The position numbers and the translations under genes are program-made. The notes beneath the pieces were generated by a model. That model was not told the DNA's origin and made no database searches. It saw nothing but the letters and a program-made list of their open reading frames with translations. DNA of 64,000 nt from the human T2T-CHM13v2.0 reference genome, Homo sapiens, in NCBI RefSeq assembly GCF_009914755.1, contig NC_060926.1; one strand, 5' to 3'. Position 1 is the stretch's first letter, and every line of letters begins with the position of its first letter. Shown here piece after piece: positions 1-12,300 of the stretch.

Positions 1-934
1 AGCAATACTTTATGCAGCTAGATTTAATCTTGTTAAACATGCATTAACTTATTTTTTGGCCTATATAATCTAGAATCAACATACGGTCATAGATCTGCAT
101 TGTATATGTTTCAAACTCTTAAGTATAAACCTAAATCTAAAATCATATCCCTCTACTGCTTGAAAAGGCCACATCCTTTAAGGCCAAAAATTAAGAGAGA
201 GTGGAAAGTTCTTAGTTTGCCTGATTAATTATCTATATTCCCTCCTTTAAGGCACCAATCATGATATATATGTGGTCTAAATACGTTGATAAAAGCCAAC
301 CAATATAATTTTCCTCTTTTGGGTTTGTGTGCAAGGAATCCTGGAGATTAAATGAAGAGTACTTCGTCTTTGAAGCTAACTTAAAGGCAGAATTTAGATA
401 TCTGCAAAAATGTGGAAGAGTACTCTTGGCAAGGTGGATTACGTAAGGAAAGGTATATGGGTGTAGCAAGGCACAGGGCAATTCCAGGGAGAAAGTGAAT
501 ATCACAGATAACTGTTGAGCATTTGCCATATTTATGCACACTACAAAATACTACAGCAGTCAAATATGCACGTTCCTTTTCCTGCTCTCATATGTCAGGG
601 ATTTAGTTGGAAATGCTAGGAAGTGAAAGATATTGATTGAAATGATGTTTTAAGGCATGTTGATATGATCTCAGAATGCATGGTGTTTTGGGTATAGAAA
701 AGTCCAGAGGTAAATAAATTTGTCAGAAGACAATAGAATTAACTCCAGTATGAAATGGATGCTATTTACCTTCAGAGATAAAACAAAACAAAAAAGGATC
801 AACAACATATGACAATATGCTGGTTGAAATAGAACAACATATCGAAGTAATTTTTCTTATCCCAGAGGAGTCATAGAGTAACATAAGTAGCATTTATTGG
901 AGGCAGCTTATGAAAAATAGTTCTATATAGTATT

Positions 935-1085
935 AGTATTCTTTCATTTAATCTTTCTGTAGACTGGTGCTTTTTTTCATTTCTGTTCATCAGATGTGAA
1001 AAATTAAGGCCTGAAAAAATTAAATAACTTGCTCAAAATCAGACAATTAGTAGATGGTAGTGTTGGCATTCTGAGTCAGGCAGCT
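935..1085 (-). mobile_element. MIR SINE remnant
   Basis: Degenerate MIR core (cagatgtgaaaaattaaggcctga...taacttgctcaaaatcagacaattagtagatggtag); boundaries approximate. Confidence 0.55.
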
Positions 1086-4000
1086 ATCATTTTAAAAATG
1101 ATGAGGAAGAGAAAAAGATGTAAGAAAGGTGACAAGTTGTCGCAGAAGACCAACAGAGAAGATATATTTGCCAATGGTGTGTTCTTTGTGTTATAATTTG
1201 TATTTAGAAGACTTTCCCACACTTAATTATGTGGATTGCCAATGTTAGCATCCTGTGTCTGTGGTATAAGGTCTACTTGTAAAAAATAAGTGAGTAACTA
1301 ATATGCACTTTCAGTTTTTTAGAATAAAGTCTTTACACATTTAATGCAGAAATGAAAATAAGTCATTGGAGAATGATAAAGTTTAGAAATCCTTGTTACA
1401 AGGGAATTACGCTCTTTGAGTCGTATTTTGAGAATGTGTTTCAGAGTCTGGCATAACATTCATTACATTGAGTGGGGCTCTGTGACTTTGAAAATAAAAC
1501 AAAAGAGTAGGTTTGAGAATATGGAATGATAAATATCCCAAAGCAGTGTTAGCAACAAGTCTAAATGAATAGTTTAATGTGCACTTTCCTAGCCATACAG
1601 CTTACAAAGCAAAACTAAAAACTTTCTTCTGCAAATGTGAACTAGTTCAGATGAATATTTTAGAAAATTGGTGTACAAATGGTGATAGCTGTTGTTTCAA
1701 CATTTGAGAAGCAGATTGAAACACAAAATTAGCTATTAGCCTACAGCTTAAGTACTCTCTAGGAAGAAGAAAACAACTGAAGCTAGCAAATTGACTTTCA
1801 TTTGGGATGGGTGCCCATGGTTCTGATGAAACTCTCATGCAGTAACTTCCAAATCTCTGGGGACATATGTTCAACTGACCTTTGGGAAGTAGAGCAAAGA
1901 GAAGCTGGGCAGCTTTATACAAAATCACCCTTAGCATTTCACTCAGCAAAACCTTCTCCACCAGAACACAGCATTGCATAGATTTCAAAGAAATTGAAGC
2001 CTAACTGGGAGAAGAACATAATAATTCACTCATAATGTTTGGAATACTGTTTAACACATTCCAATAAAGCACTGGCTGGGCAGGGCTAGATTGTGATGGA
2101 GCAAAAAACGTGAGAATGAGCTGACACCTGGTCAAATCGAAGGATTGAGGATTCAGGGACCTGAAGATAAGCCTGAATAGACAGCTGGAGTGAGGGACAA
2201 GGAATCTGGAAATTCAGTCCGAGTCAGATATATTATGAGATGTGAGGCTGCGCTGGAGGGTGGAAGCAAGATTTGGAAGAGAAAAGAGTAAACACTGTCC
2301 AGAGGTTCCAGTGAAGGAGGAGTGTATGGGCAGGAGGATATACAACATGTCTTCTTTAGGGATTAGGCCTTGATTCTTAAAAATATATAATGAACCATCA
2401 TTAGAACACTCTTTGGCCACTTTACAAGAAAAGAATGAACTTAGTGTAGGTATGGTAGTGAGGGGCTTATTAACTAGTGGTAAATATAGACATCCAAGCA
2501 AATAATTACACTGTATTTTGTTAAACAGGGACAATAGTATGAAATGGTTAAAGGGGATAGGCTTGACTATATTTAATTCTCATTTCTGCCATTACTGGTT
2601 GTGTCACCATCAAGAAATTGTTTAATTTTTTTAACATCTATTTATACTTACTTAAAAGGGGGAAATAATATTATCAGTGTTACTGGGCTGTTGTTTTGGA
2701 TCAGGGTGTTGAAGGTCATCATCATCTGATGATCACTCCTATTTTACTAAGGACAAGCTTGTACTTAATGCCAAAGAGAGAAATAAATAATGTGAAAAGG
2801 CTGCTGCTGGTGTCAACAATGTGTTTGAAATCATGGGAGAGTGGATCATGAAAATGAAACATTAATCTGATAATTGTTACCCTTTTAAAGGGGAAATAAA
2901 CCTTTCAGGGAAATAATAATATCTGATAATTTTGTCCTAGGGCTTTATAATATAGTGACTTACCATTGTTATGTTTTTATGTTATGTTTTCAATCCGTAA
3001 GTTCTTCAAATAACTAGAAAAACAGCAACCACTATGTTGATTTAAATATTTCAGTATTGTGAAGTAAAAGAATTAGAAATGCAATGGTAATTAATAGTTG
3101 TGTGTTTTAATGTATCATATGCATGTTTATAATTAGTGTGCTAAGATTATATATGCTTGTTCATTTAACTAATTTCTAAGGGAGAAGTTCAGATACAAAC
3201 TGTGCTTTGATGAAAATAAAATAAAAGTGAATGTTAGGAATCTTTAATGCTATTTATAATGCATGCTGGCACTTTACTGTATAGGAAACATATCTGGACC
3301 TAAAATGGAACAGGACCGAGTAATTTAATGGTAAATTTTTCATTTTACATATAATTCATTGAAAAATACATGTATGAACAAAGTTCAACCTGAACACTGA
3401 ATGATCTGATTGTATAACTTGCCTCTGGGCATCTAGATTCATGAAGCTGATTCCCTAATAAAGGTAAGTCATTCTGGAATAAGTGTATCCCCTTCTAGTA
3501 ATTTCTAAACAACAAATTGCATTTGCAATATATTGTCATGGGTTATAACTTTAGTCTGTGAAAACAATACCATGATACTTTTTAAAAAAAAATTTAGAAA
3601 ATAAAGTGGAACAAAAAAGCAGAAAACCAATGGCAGCACTAACAGTGAAAAAGTCGATCTGCTCTAAGTGCTGCCTCATCACCCTTGCCTATTAGGCAAA
3701 TTATTTTTATTGATGCTTATAGAAGTAAACTAATATTCATTTTATTTGGACATCTTATATCTAATACCCAATTTTCTTTCATCATTAAAACTTTAAAATC
3801 CTACAGATATTTACTTTAATAGAAAATATACTGTGAAATTAGACATGATAGACTCTGGGGAAGCATTTATTTGATTAGGAAAGGTTAGTTCAAGCTGTTC
3901 TTTATGAAGGAATATTAATAAATTCAGAAGATGATATATTTACGACTAATATATTTTATATTTTTACCAAGTATGTGAAGTCAATTTATAAATCACAGAA

Positions 4001-4251
4001 AATTATCAAGATTAACACCATTTACAACTATTGTATATATTAAGTTTTTATGTGCTATATTTGACAACTTTAGATATTTACTATAAATTAAATATCAAGT
4101 TCATTCTGAATAGATGTGTACAAATAAAGTGATTGTAAATTTATTGAATAAAGTGGAATAAAGTAGTAGTAGTATTTAGAATAATATACTGAATTAAAAA
4201 ATGATTTCTTCCAACATTCATAGTAGAAAGCATTATTAATATGATAAATTT

Positions 4252-4553
4252 GGCCGGACACAGTGGCTCACACCTGTAATCCCAGCACTTTGGGAAGCCG
4301 AGGCGGGCAGATCACGAGGTCAGGAGATCGAGACCATCCTGGCTAACATGGTGAAACCCTGTCTGTACTAAAAATACAAAAAAAATTAGCCGGGCATAGT
4401 GGCGGGCGCCTGTAGTCTCAGCTACTCGGGAGGCTGAGGCAGGAGAATGTGTGAACTTGGGAGGCGAAGCTTGCATTGAGCCGAGATCGCGCCACTGCAC
4501 TTCAGCCTGGGAGACAGAGCAAGACTCCATCTCAAAAAAAAAAAAAAAAAAAA
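4252..4553 (+). mobile_element. AluY
   Basis: Full dimer with AluY diagnostics (GAGATCGAGACCATCCTGGCTAAC, GCTTGCA, GAGATCGCGCC), A20 tail, flanking repeat gataaatt (4243-4250 / 4554-4561). Confidence 0.93.
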
Positions 4554-4749
4554 GATAAATTAAGCTAAATTCTTCTTGACATATTAGATGATTTGCAAAA
4601 GGATGCCAAATTTTGGTGGTAATGACTTTTATTCTTTTACTTTTCAAAAAATGTAGGTAAACCCCCTGTGCAACCATGATCATGCTTCAAGTACTTAGAT
4701 CGTTTTTCTTTTGAATTAACTCTTGTATATTCAACAGAACACTTAATTG

Positions 4750-5770
4750 TTTTCTTTTTTTTGTTATTATTATACTTTAAGTTCTAGAGTACATGTGTAC
4801 AACATGCAGGTTTGTTACATATGTATACATATGCCATGTTGGTGTGCTGCACCCATTAACTCATCATTTCCATTAGGTATAACTCCTAATGCTATCTCTC
4901 CCCACTCACCCCACCCCATGACAGGCCCCAGTGTGTGATGTTCCCCTTCCTGTGTCCAAGTGTTCTCATTGTTCAATTCTCACCTATGAGTGAGAACATG
5001 CAGTGTTTGGTTTTTTTGTCCTTGCGATAGTTTGCTGAGAATGATGGTTTCCAGCTTCATCTAAGTCCCTATGAAGGATATGAACTCATCCTTTTTTATG
5101 CCTGCATAGTATTCCATGGCATATATGTGCCACATTTTCTTAATCCAGCCTATCATTGATGGACATTTGGGTTGGTTCCAAGTCTTTGCTATTGTGAATA
5201 GTGCTGCAATAAACATACGTGTGCACATCTTCTTATAGCAGCACGATTTATAATCCTTTGGGTGTATACCCAGTAATGGGATGGCTGGGTGAAATGGTAT
5301 TTCTTGTTCTAGATCCTTGAGGAATCGCCACACTGTCTTCCACAATGGTTGAACTAGTTTACAGTCCCACCAAAAGTGTAAAAGTGTTCCTATTCTTCCA
5401 CATCCTCTCCAGCACCTGTTGTTTCCTGACTTTTTAATGATCGCCATTCTAACTGGTGTAAGATGGTATCTCATTGTGGTTTTGATTTGCATTTCTCTGA
5501 TGGCCAGTGATGATGAGCATTTTTTCATGTGTCTGTTGGCTGCATAAATGTCTTCTTTTGAGAAGCGTCTGTTCATATCCTTCGCCCACTTGTTGATGGG
5601 GTTGTTTTGTTTTTTTCTTGTAAATTTGTTTGAGTTCTTCATAGATTCTGGATACTAGCTTTTTTTCAGATGAGTAGATTGCAAAAATTTTCTCCCATTC
5701 TGTAGGTTGCCTGTTCACTCCGATGGTAGTTTCTTTTGCCGTGCAGAAGCTTTTTAGTTTAGTTAGATCC
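4750..5770 (-). mobile_element. 5'-truncated L1PA (about L1PA5/6) 3' end, ~1 kb
   Basis: L1PA 3'UTR and ORF2 C-terminus; ORF 5061..5642 translates to ORF2p C-terminal region ([13 protein letters not shown]...[10 protein letters not shown]). Confidence 0.93.
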
Positions 5771-6349
5771 TATAACTAAACTATTTTAGAGTTGATCAAC
5801 AATTTCTGTATATGCAAATAATTTAAGTGTCTATACTAATGTAAGAATATCCATGACAATATTTTTTATCTTATTGAGAAATATATATCACCATTTTATT
5901 AAAGATTTAAGCTTTCTTAGATGATTTCATCTAAGAAATAATACAACTAAGAAAACAATTAATTAGATTAGATCTCATCTAATATCGTTTAGTTATAAAC
6001 ATTTGCATATCTATATTAAATACTTTCCATGTTTTCAGCTTTTTTGTATTTAATGTAAAACCCACATATTGATAACTTGTTTAAAATGCATAAAATCAAC
6101 GCCTTTGATTTGCCTATTTAATAAATAAAATTGAACTCTCAGTTCATTTTAATTAAAACATTTATTTTATGTTTAATTTTCTACACTCAGTGCTGTGTTA
6201 TACATAAAAATAAATACCACTGCCTGTTCATTTTGGAACCAAAGAAGGGTTGTATGTAAATTAATAAGAATTAGACATTGTCATTTCTCTCAGGAGCTCA
6301 GGGGCAACTTAAAGATATTCTCAGTTATTTCATAACTATCATTTAAATT

Positions 6350-9300
6350 TTCTTTTTAAAAGTTTTTGTTTATATTTGGCACATAATTTTACATGTTTAT
6401 AGGGTACAGTGTGTTGTTTCAATACATGTATACATTGCATGATGATCAAATCAGTGTAGTTTTGATCTATCCCTCAATGTCTATCCCTCAATCCTTGATC
6501 ATTTCTCCGTGGTGGTAACTTTCAAGATTTTTTGTCTAGCTACCTTGAAATATGCAATACATTGCTATTAGCTAAAGTTACCCTATTATGTGATAGAACA
6601 TCAGAACTTATTCTTCCTCTCTAACTGTAACTTTGATAAACCAACCTCTACCCTACCACTCCCACCTTCTCCCTTACCTCTTCAGCCTCTACCTAAACAC
6701 TATTCAACTCTCCACTTCTATGAGATCAACTTTTAGAAATTTCATCTATTAGTGAAATCTTGCAGTATTTGCCTTTCCGTACCTGGCTTATTTCACTTGA
6801 CATTTTATCCTCTAGATTTATCTGTGTTGCCACAAATGACAGGATTTCCTTCTGGTTTTAATAGCCGAATAGCATTCCAGTGTGTAAATACCACATTTTC
6901 TTTATCCATTCATTGGTTGATGGATGCTTAAATTGCTTCCATCTCTTGACTGTTGTGACCAGTGCTGCAATAAACATGAGAATGCAGTTATCTCTTCAGC
7001 ATACTGATTTCATTTTCTTTGGATAAATACCCAGTAGTGAAATTGCTGAATCATATAGTAGTTCCATGTTTAATTTTTTGAGGAACTTCTATACTATTTT
7101 TCTATAATGGATGTACTATTTTATATTCTAACTAACAGTGTATAAGAGTTCTTCTTTCTCCACACCCTTGCCAACATTTGTTATTTTTTGTATTTTTGAT
7201 AATAGCTATTCTAACTGGGATAAGGTGATATCTTATTATGGTTTTTATTTGCATTTCTTTTGATGATGAGTGTTGTTAAGCGTTTTTATCCTATATCTAC
7301 TGGTCATTTGCATGTCTTCTTTTGATAAATGTCTATTCATGCCCTTTGCCCATTTTTGGATGGGATTTCTTTTTTGCTATTGAATTGTGTGAGTTCTTCA
7401 TATATTCTGGATGTTAACCCCTTGTCAGATGCATAGTTTGCAAATATTGTCTCTCATTATGTAGGCTGTAACTTCAGTATGTTGACTGTTTGCTTTGCAG
7501 AAGTTTCTTAGTTTTACATAATTTCATCCGCCCATTTTTCTTTTATTGCCTGTGCTTTTCAGGATCTATCTGAAAAATTCTTCTTGAATCAATTTTGTGA
7601 AGTGTTTCCCCTATGCTTTTTTGTAATAGTTTTGTAGTTACAGGTCTTATATTTGAGTCTTTAATCCATTTTGAGTTCATTTTTGTATATGTGAGATAGG
7701 GTCCAATTTCATTCTTCTACGTGTGGATATCTAGTTTTCCTGGGACCAATTTTCTTTAATTGAATGGACTGTCCTTTCTCCAATGTGTGTTCTCAGCACC
7801 TTTGTAAAAAGACAGTTTACTGAGATGCATGGATTTGTTTCTGGCTTCTCTATTCTGTTCTGTTGGTCTTTGTGTCTGTTTTTATGTCAGTACCATGCTG
7901 TTTTGGTTACTGTGGGTTTGTGGTATATTTTGAAATCAGGTAATTGGATACCTCCATCCTTGTTTTTTTGCTCAAGATTCCTTTGACTATTCTGGGTCTT
8001 TTGTGGTTCCATACAACTTTAGGATTGCTTTTTCTATTTTTTGAATGAATGCCATTGGTGTTTTGATAAAGATTGCATTGAAATTATATATCACCTTGGA
8101 TAATATGGACATTTTAATAATATTAAGTCTTCCAATCTATAAATATGTAATATCTTTTTATTTGTGTCTGCTTCATTTTTTCATTAGCATTTTTTCATTA
8201 CTGTTTTATAGTTTTTGTTGTAGTGATCCTTTACCCCCTTGATTGACTTTATTCTTAGGGGGATATTTTTGGCTATTATAAATGGGGTAACTTTCTTGAT
8301 TTCTTTTTTACATAGTTTGCTATTGCCTTAGGAAAAATGCTTCTAGATTTTCTGTGTTTATTTTGTACCCTGCAACTTTACTGATTTCACTTACTAGTTC
8401 TAACAGTTTTGTGGTGGTATTTTTAGTATTTTCTACACATATAATTATGTCATCTGCAAACAGGGACAATTTAAGTTCCTTTTTAAAATTTTTTTAAACT
8501 ATACTTTAAGTTCTGGGATACATATGCAGAACGTGCAGATTTGTAACATAGGTATACATGTACCATGGTGGGTTGCTGCACCCATCAACCTGTCATCTAC
8601 ATTAGGTGCTTCTCCTAATGCTATCCCTTCCCTAGCCCCCGAGCCCCCGACAGACCCTGGTGTGTGGTGTTCCCCTCCCTGTGTCCATGTGTTCTCATTG
8701 TTCAACTCCCACTTATTTGTGAGAACATGTGGTGTTTGGTTTTCTTTTCTTGTGTTAGTTTGCTGAGAATGATGGTTTCCAGCTTCATCCATGTCCCTGC
8801 AAAGGGCATGAACTCATCCTTTTTTATGTCTGCATGGTATTCCATGGTGTATATGTGCCACATTTTCTTTATCAGGTCTATCATTGATGGGCATTTGGGT
8901 TGGTTCTAAGTCTTTGCTATTGTGAACAGTGTCTCAATAAACATATGTGTGCATATGTCTTTATAGTAGAATGATTTATAATCTTTTGGGTATATATCTA
9001 GTAATGGGATTGCTGGGTCAAATGGTATTTTTGGTTCCAGATCCTTGAGGAATCGCCACACTGTCTTCCACAATGGTTGAAGTAATTTACAGTCCCACCA
9101 ACAGTGTAAAAGTGTTCCTATTTCTCCACATCCTTTCTAGCATCTGTTGTTTCCTGACCTTTAATGATCACCATTCTAACTGGCATGAGATGGTATCTTA
9201 TTGTGGTTTTGATTTGCATTTCTCTGATGACCAGTGATAATGAGCTTTTTTTCATATGTTTGTTGACAGCATAAAGGTCTTCTTTTGAGAAGTGTCTGTT

Positions 9301-12300
9301 CATATCCTTCACCCACTTTTTTGATAGAATTGTTTGTTTTATTCTTGTAAATTTGTTTAAGATCTTTATAGATTATGGAGATTAGCCCTTTGCCAGATGG
9401 ATAGATTGCAAAAATGTTTACCCATTCTGTAGGTTGCCTGTTCACTCTGTTGATAGTTTCTTTTGCTGTGTAGAAGCTCTTTAATTAGATCCCATTTGTC
9501 AATTTTGGCTTTTGTTGCCATTGCTTTTGGTGTTTTAGTCATGAAATCTTTGCCCATGCCTATGTCCTGAATGGTATTGCCTAGGGTTTCTTCTAGGGTT
9601 TTTATGGTTTTAGGTCTTATGTTTAAGTCTGTACTCCATCTTGAGTTAATTTTTTATAAGGTGTGAGGAAAGGGTCCAGTTTCAGTTTTCTGCATATGGT
9701 TAGCCAGTTTTCCCAACACCATTTATTAAATAGGGAACCCTTAACACAGACAAATGGAAAATCATTCCATGCTCATGGATAGGAAGAATCAATATTGTGA
9801 AAATGGCCAAACTGCCCAAAGTAATTTATAGAATCATGCTATCCCCATCAAGCTACCATTGACTTTCTTCACGGAATTAGAAAAAACTACTTTAAATTTC
9901 ATGTGGCACCAAAAAAGAGCCCGCATAGCCAAGACAATCCTAAGCAAAAAGAACAAAGCTGGAGGCATCATGCCACTTGACTTCAAACTATACTACAAGT
10001 TTACAGTAAGTAAAACAGCATGGCACTGGTACCAAAACAGATATATAGACCAATGGAACAGAACAGAGGCCTCAGAAATAACATGACACATCTACAACCA
10101 TATGAACTTCCTTTTTTTTTTTTTTTCCAATTTGAATGTCATTTATTTCTTTCTCTGGCCAAATTGCTGTGGCTAAGACTCCCAATAGTATGTTAACCAA
10201 AAGTGGTGAAAGTGGGCACCTTTGTCTTGTTCCAGATCTTAGAGGAAAAACTATAAACTTTTCCCTATTCAGTATGTTATTAGCTGTGGGTTTATCATAT
10301 AAGGCCCTTATGTTTTGAAGTATGGTATTTCTATGCCTAATTCATTGAGAATTTTTATTATGAGGGGATGTTGAATTTTGATGTTTGATTTTTCTGAATG
10401 TATTGTAACACATGTATGATTCTTCTGTCCTTGATTTTGTTAATGTGATTTATAAAGTTTATTTCTTTGTGTATGATGAACCATCCTTTCATCCCTGGGA
10501 TGAATCCCACTTAATCGTGGAGTATATTCTTTATAATATATTGTCGATTCTGGTTTGCCAGTATTTTGTTGAGGATTTTTGCATTTATGTTTATTAGTGA
10601 TACTGGCCTGTAGTTTGTTTTGTTGTTGTGTTCTTGTCTGGTTTTGGTATCAGGGTAGTGATGACCTTGTAGAATGAGTTTGAAAATATTCCCTCCTTTT
10701 AAAGTTTTTGCGTGAGTTTGAGAAGAATTGGTATTAGTTCTTTTTTTTAAATGTTTGTTAGAATTCAAACCTGAAGCCATTAGGTCCTGGGCTTGTCTTT
10801 GATAGGAGAGTCTTTCAGACTGCCCCAATCTTGTTATTTGTTATTAATTGGCTCAGATCTTCCATTACTTCATGATTTGATCTTGGTAGCAGTTAGGCAA
10901 GAGAAAGGTTGTATTTGTCCAGGAATTTACCCATTTCTTCTAAATTTTCCAATTCGTTGGTATATAGTTGTTCATAAGTATCTATTATAATTATGTGTGT
11001 TGGTTATAGTACCTTCTTTTTCATCTCTGATTTTATTTAGTTGAGTTTTTACTCTTTGTTTTTAGTCTAGCTAAAATTGTATCTGTTCATATTTTCAAAA
11101 AATAACACTGTTCATCGGTCTCTTATACGTTTTTATTTCTATCTCATTTATTTCTGCTCTGATATTTGTTATTTCTTCCCTTCTACTAATTTTGGGCGTA
11201 CTTTGTTCTTTTTCCTTTGTCTTGAGCTATAACATTAGGTTGTTTATTTGAAACCTTTCTTCTTTTTTGATGTAGAATTATGTTGCTCTAAAATTTTCTC
11301 ATAGAACTATTTTTGCTGTATCTCATAGGTTTTGGTATGTTGTGTTTCCATTTTCATTGGTCTCAAAGAATTTTTACACTAAAAATAATTCTTCATTGAT
11401 TCATTCATGTTGTCAAATGTCTACGTATTAGAGTTTCTAACATTCCTTTTGTCATTTATTCCTGGTTTTATTCTACTGTCGTGAGAAAATATAATGGATA
11501 TGATTTTAGCTTTTTAAAAAAATTGTTAAGACTTGTTCTGTGACCTAAAGTATGGTCTATACTGGAGAATGTTCCATGTGCTGTTAAGAAGAATGTATGT
11601 TTTATAGCTGATGGATTGAATATTCTGTAAATGTCTGTTAAGTCAATTTGGAAAACAGCACAGTTTAACTGCAGTGTTTCTTTGTTGATTTTCTACCTGA
11701 ATGATCTTTACATTGCTGAAAATGGGGAGTTGACATCTCCTACTATTATTATATTGCAACCAATCTCTCCCTTTAGGTCTATGTGTATTTGCTGTATATA
11801 TTTGGGTGCTCTGGTGTAGGATGCATACATGTTTACAATTGCTATATTTTCTTGCTGTATGGATGCCTTTATTATTATATAATGGCTTAAGTTTGATATT
11901 GTTGTCATTCCTCTCTTAAATTTTATCTGAAACACATATAGCTACTTACACTCTTTTTTTAGTTTCAGTTTGTGTGGAATATCTTTTTGTGTCACTTCAG
12001 TTTCTATCTTTGTGCATCTTTAAAGGTGAAGTAGATTTCTTGCAGGCATCATTTATTTGCACCTTTTTAAAAAATGTTATATAGTCACTCTATCTTTTAA
12101 TTGGACAATTTAATTCATTTATATTCAAAGTTATTGTTGATAGGTAAGGGTTTATTACTGATATATTTTTACTCATTTTCTGTTGTTCTTTTTTTGATCC
12201 TTACTATCTTTGTGGTTAAATGATTATCTTTATTAGCACATCTTGATTCTGTATTATTTTTAATGCATCTATTATAAGTTTTTGCTCTGTGGTTATCATG

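Noticed and set aside
1647-1988. 113-aa ORF in unique sequence (also 233-541, 2214-2534, 47405-47716, 60558-60875)
   Set aside because: No recognisable domain, composition typical of random AT-rich DNA, no convincing splice or promoter context
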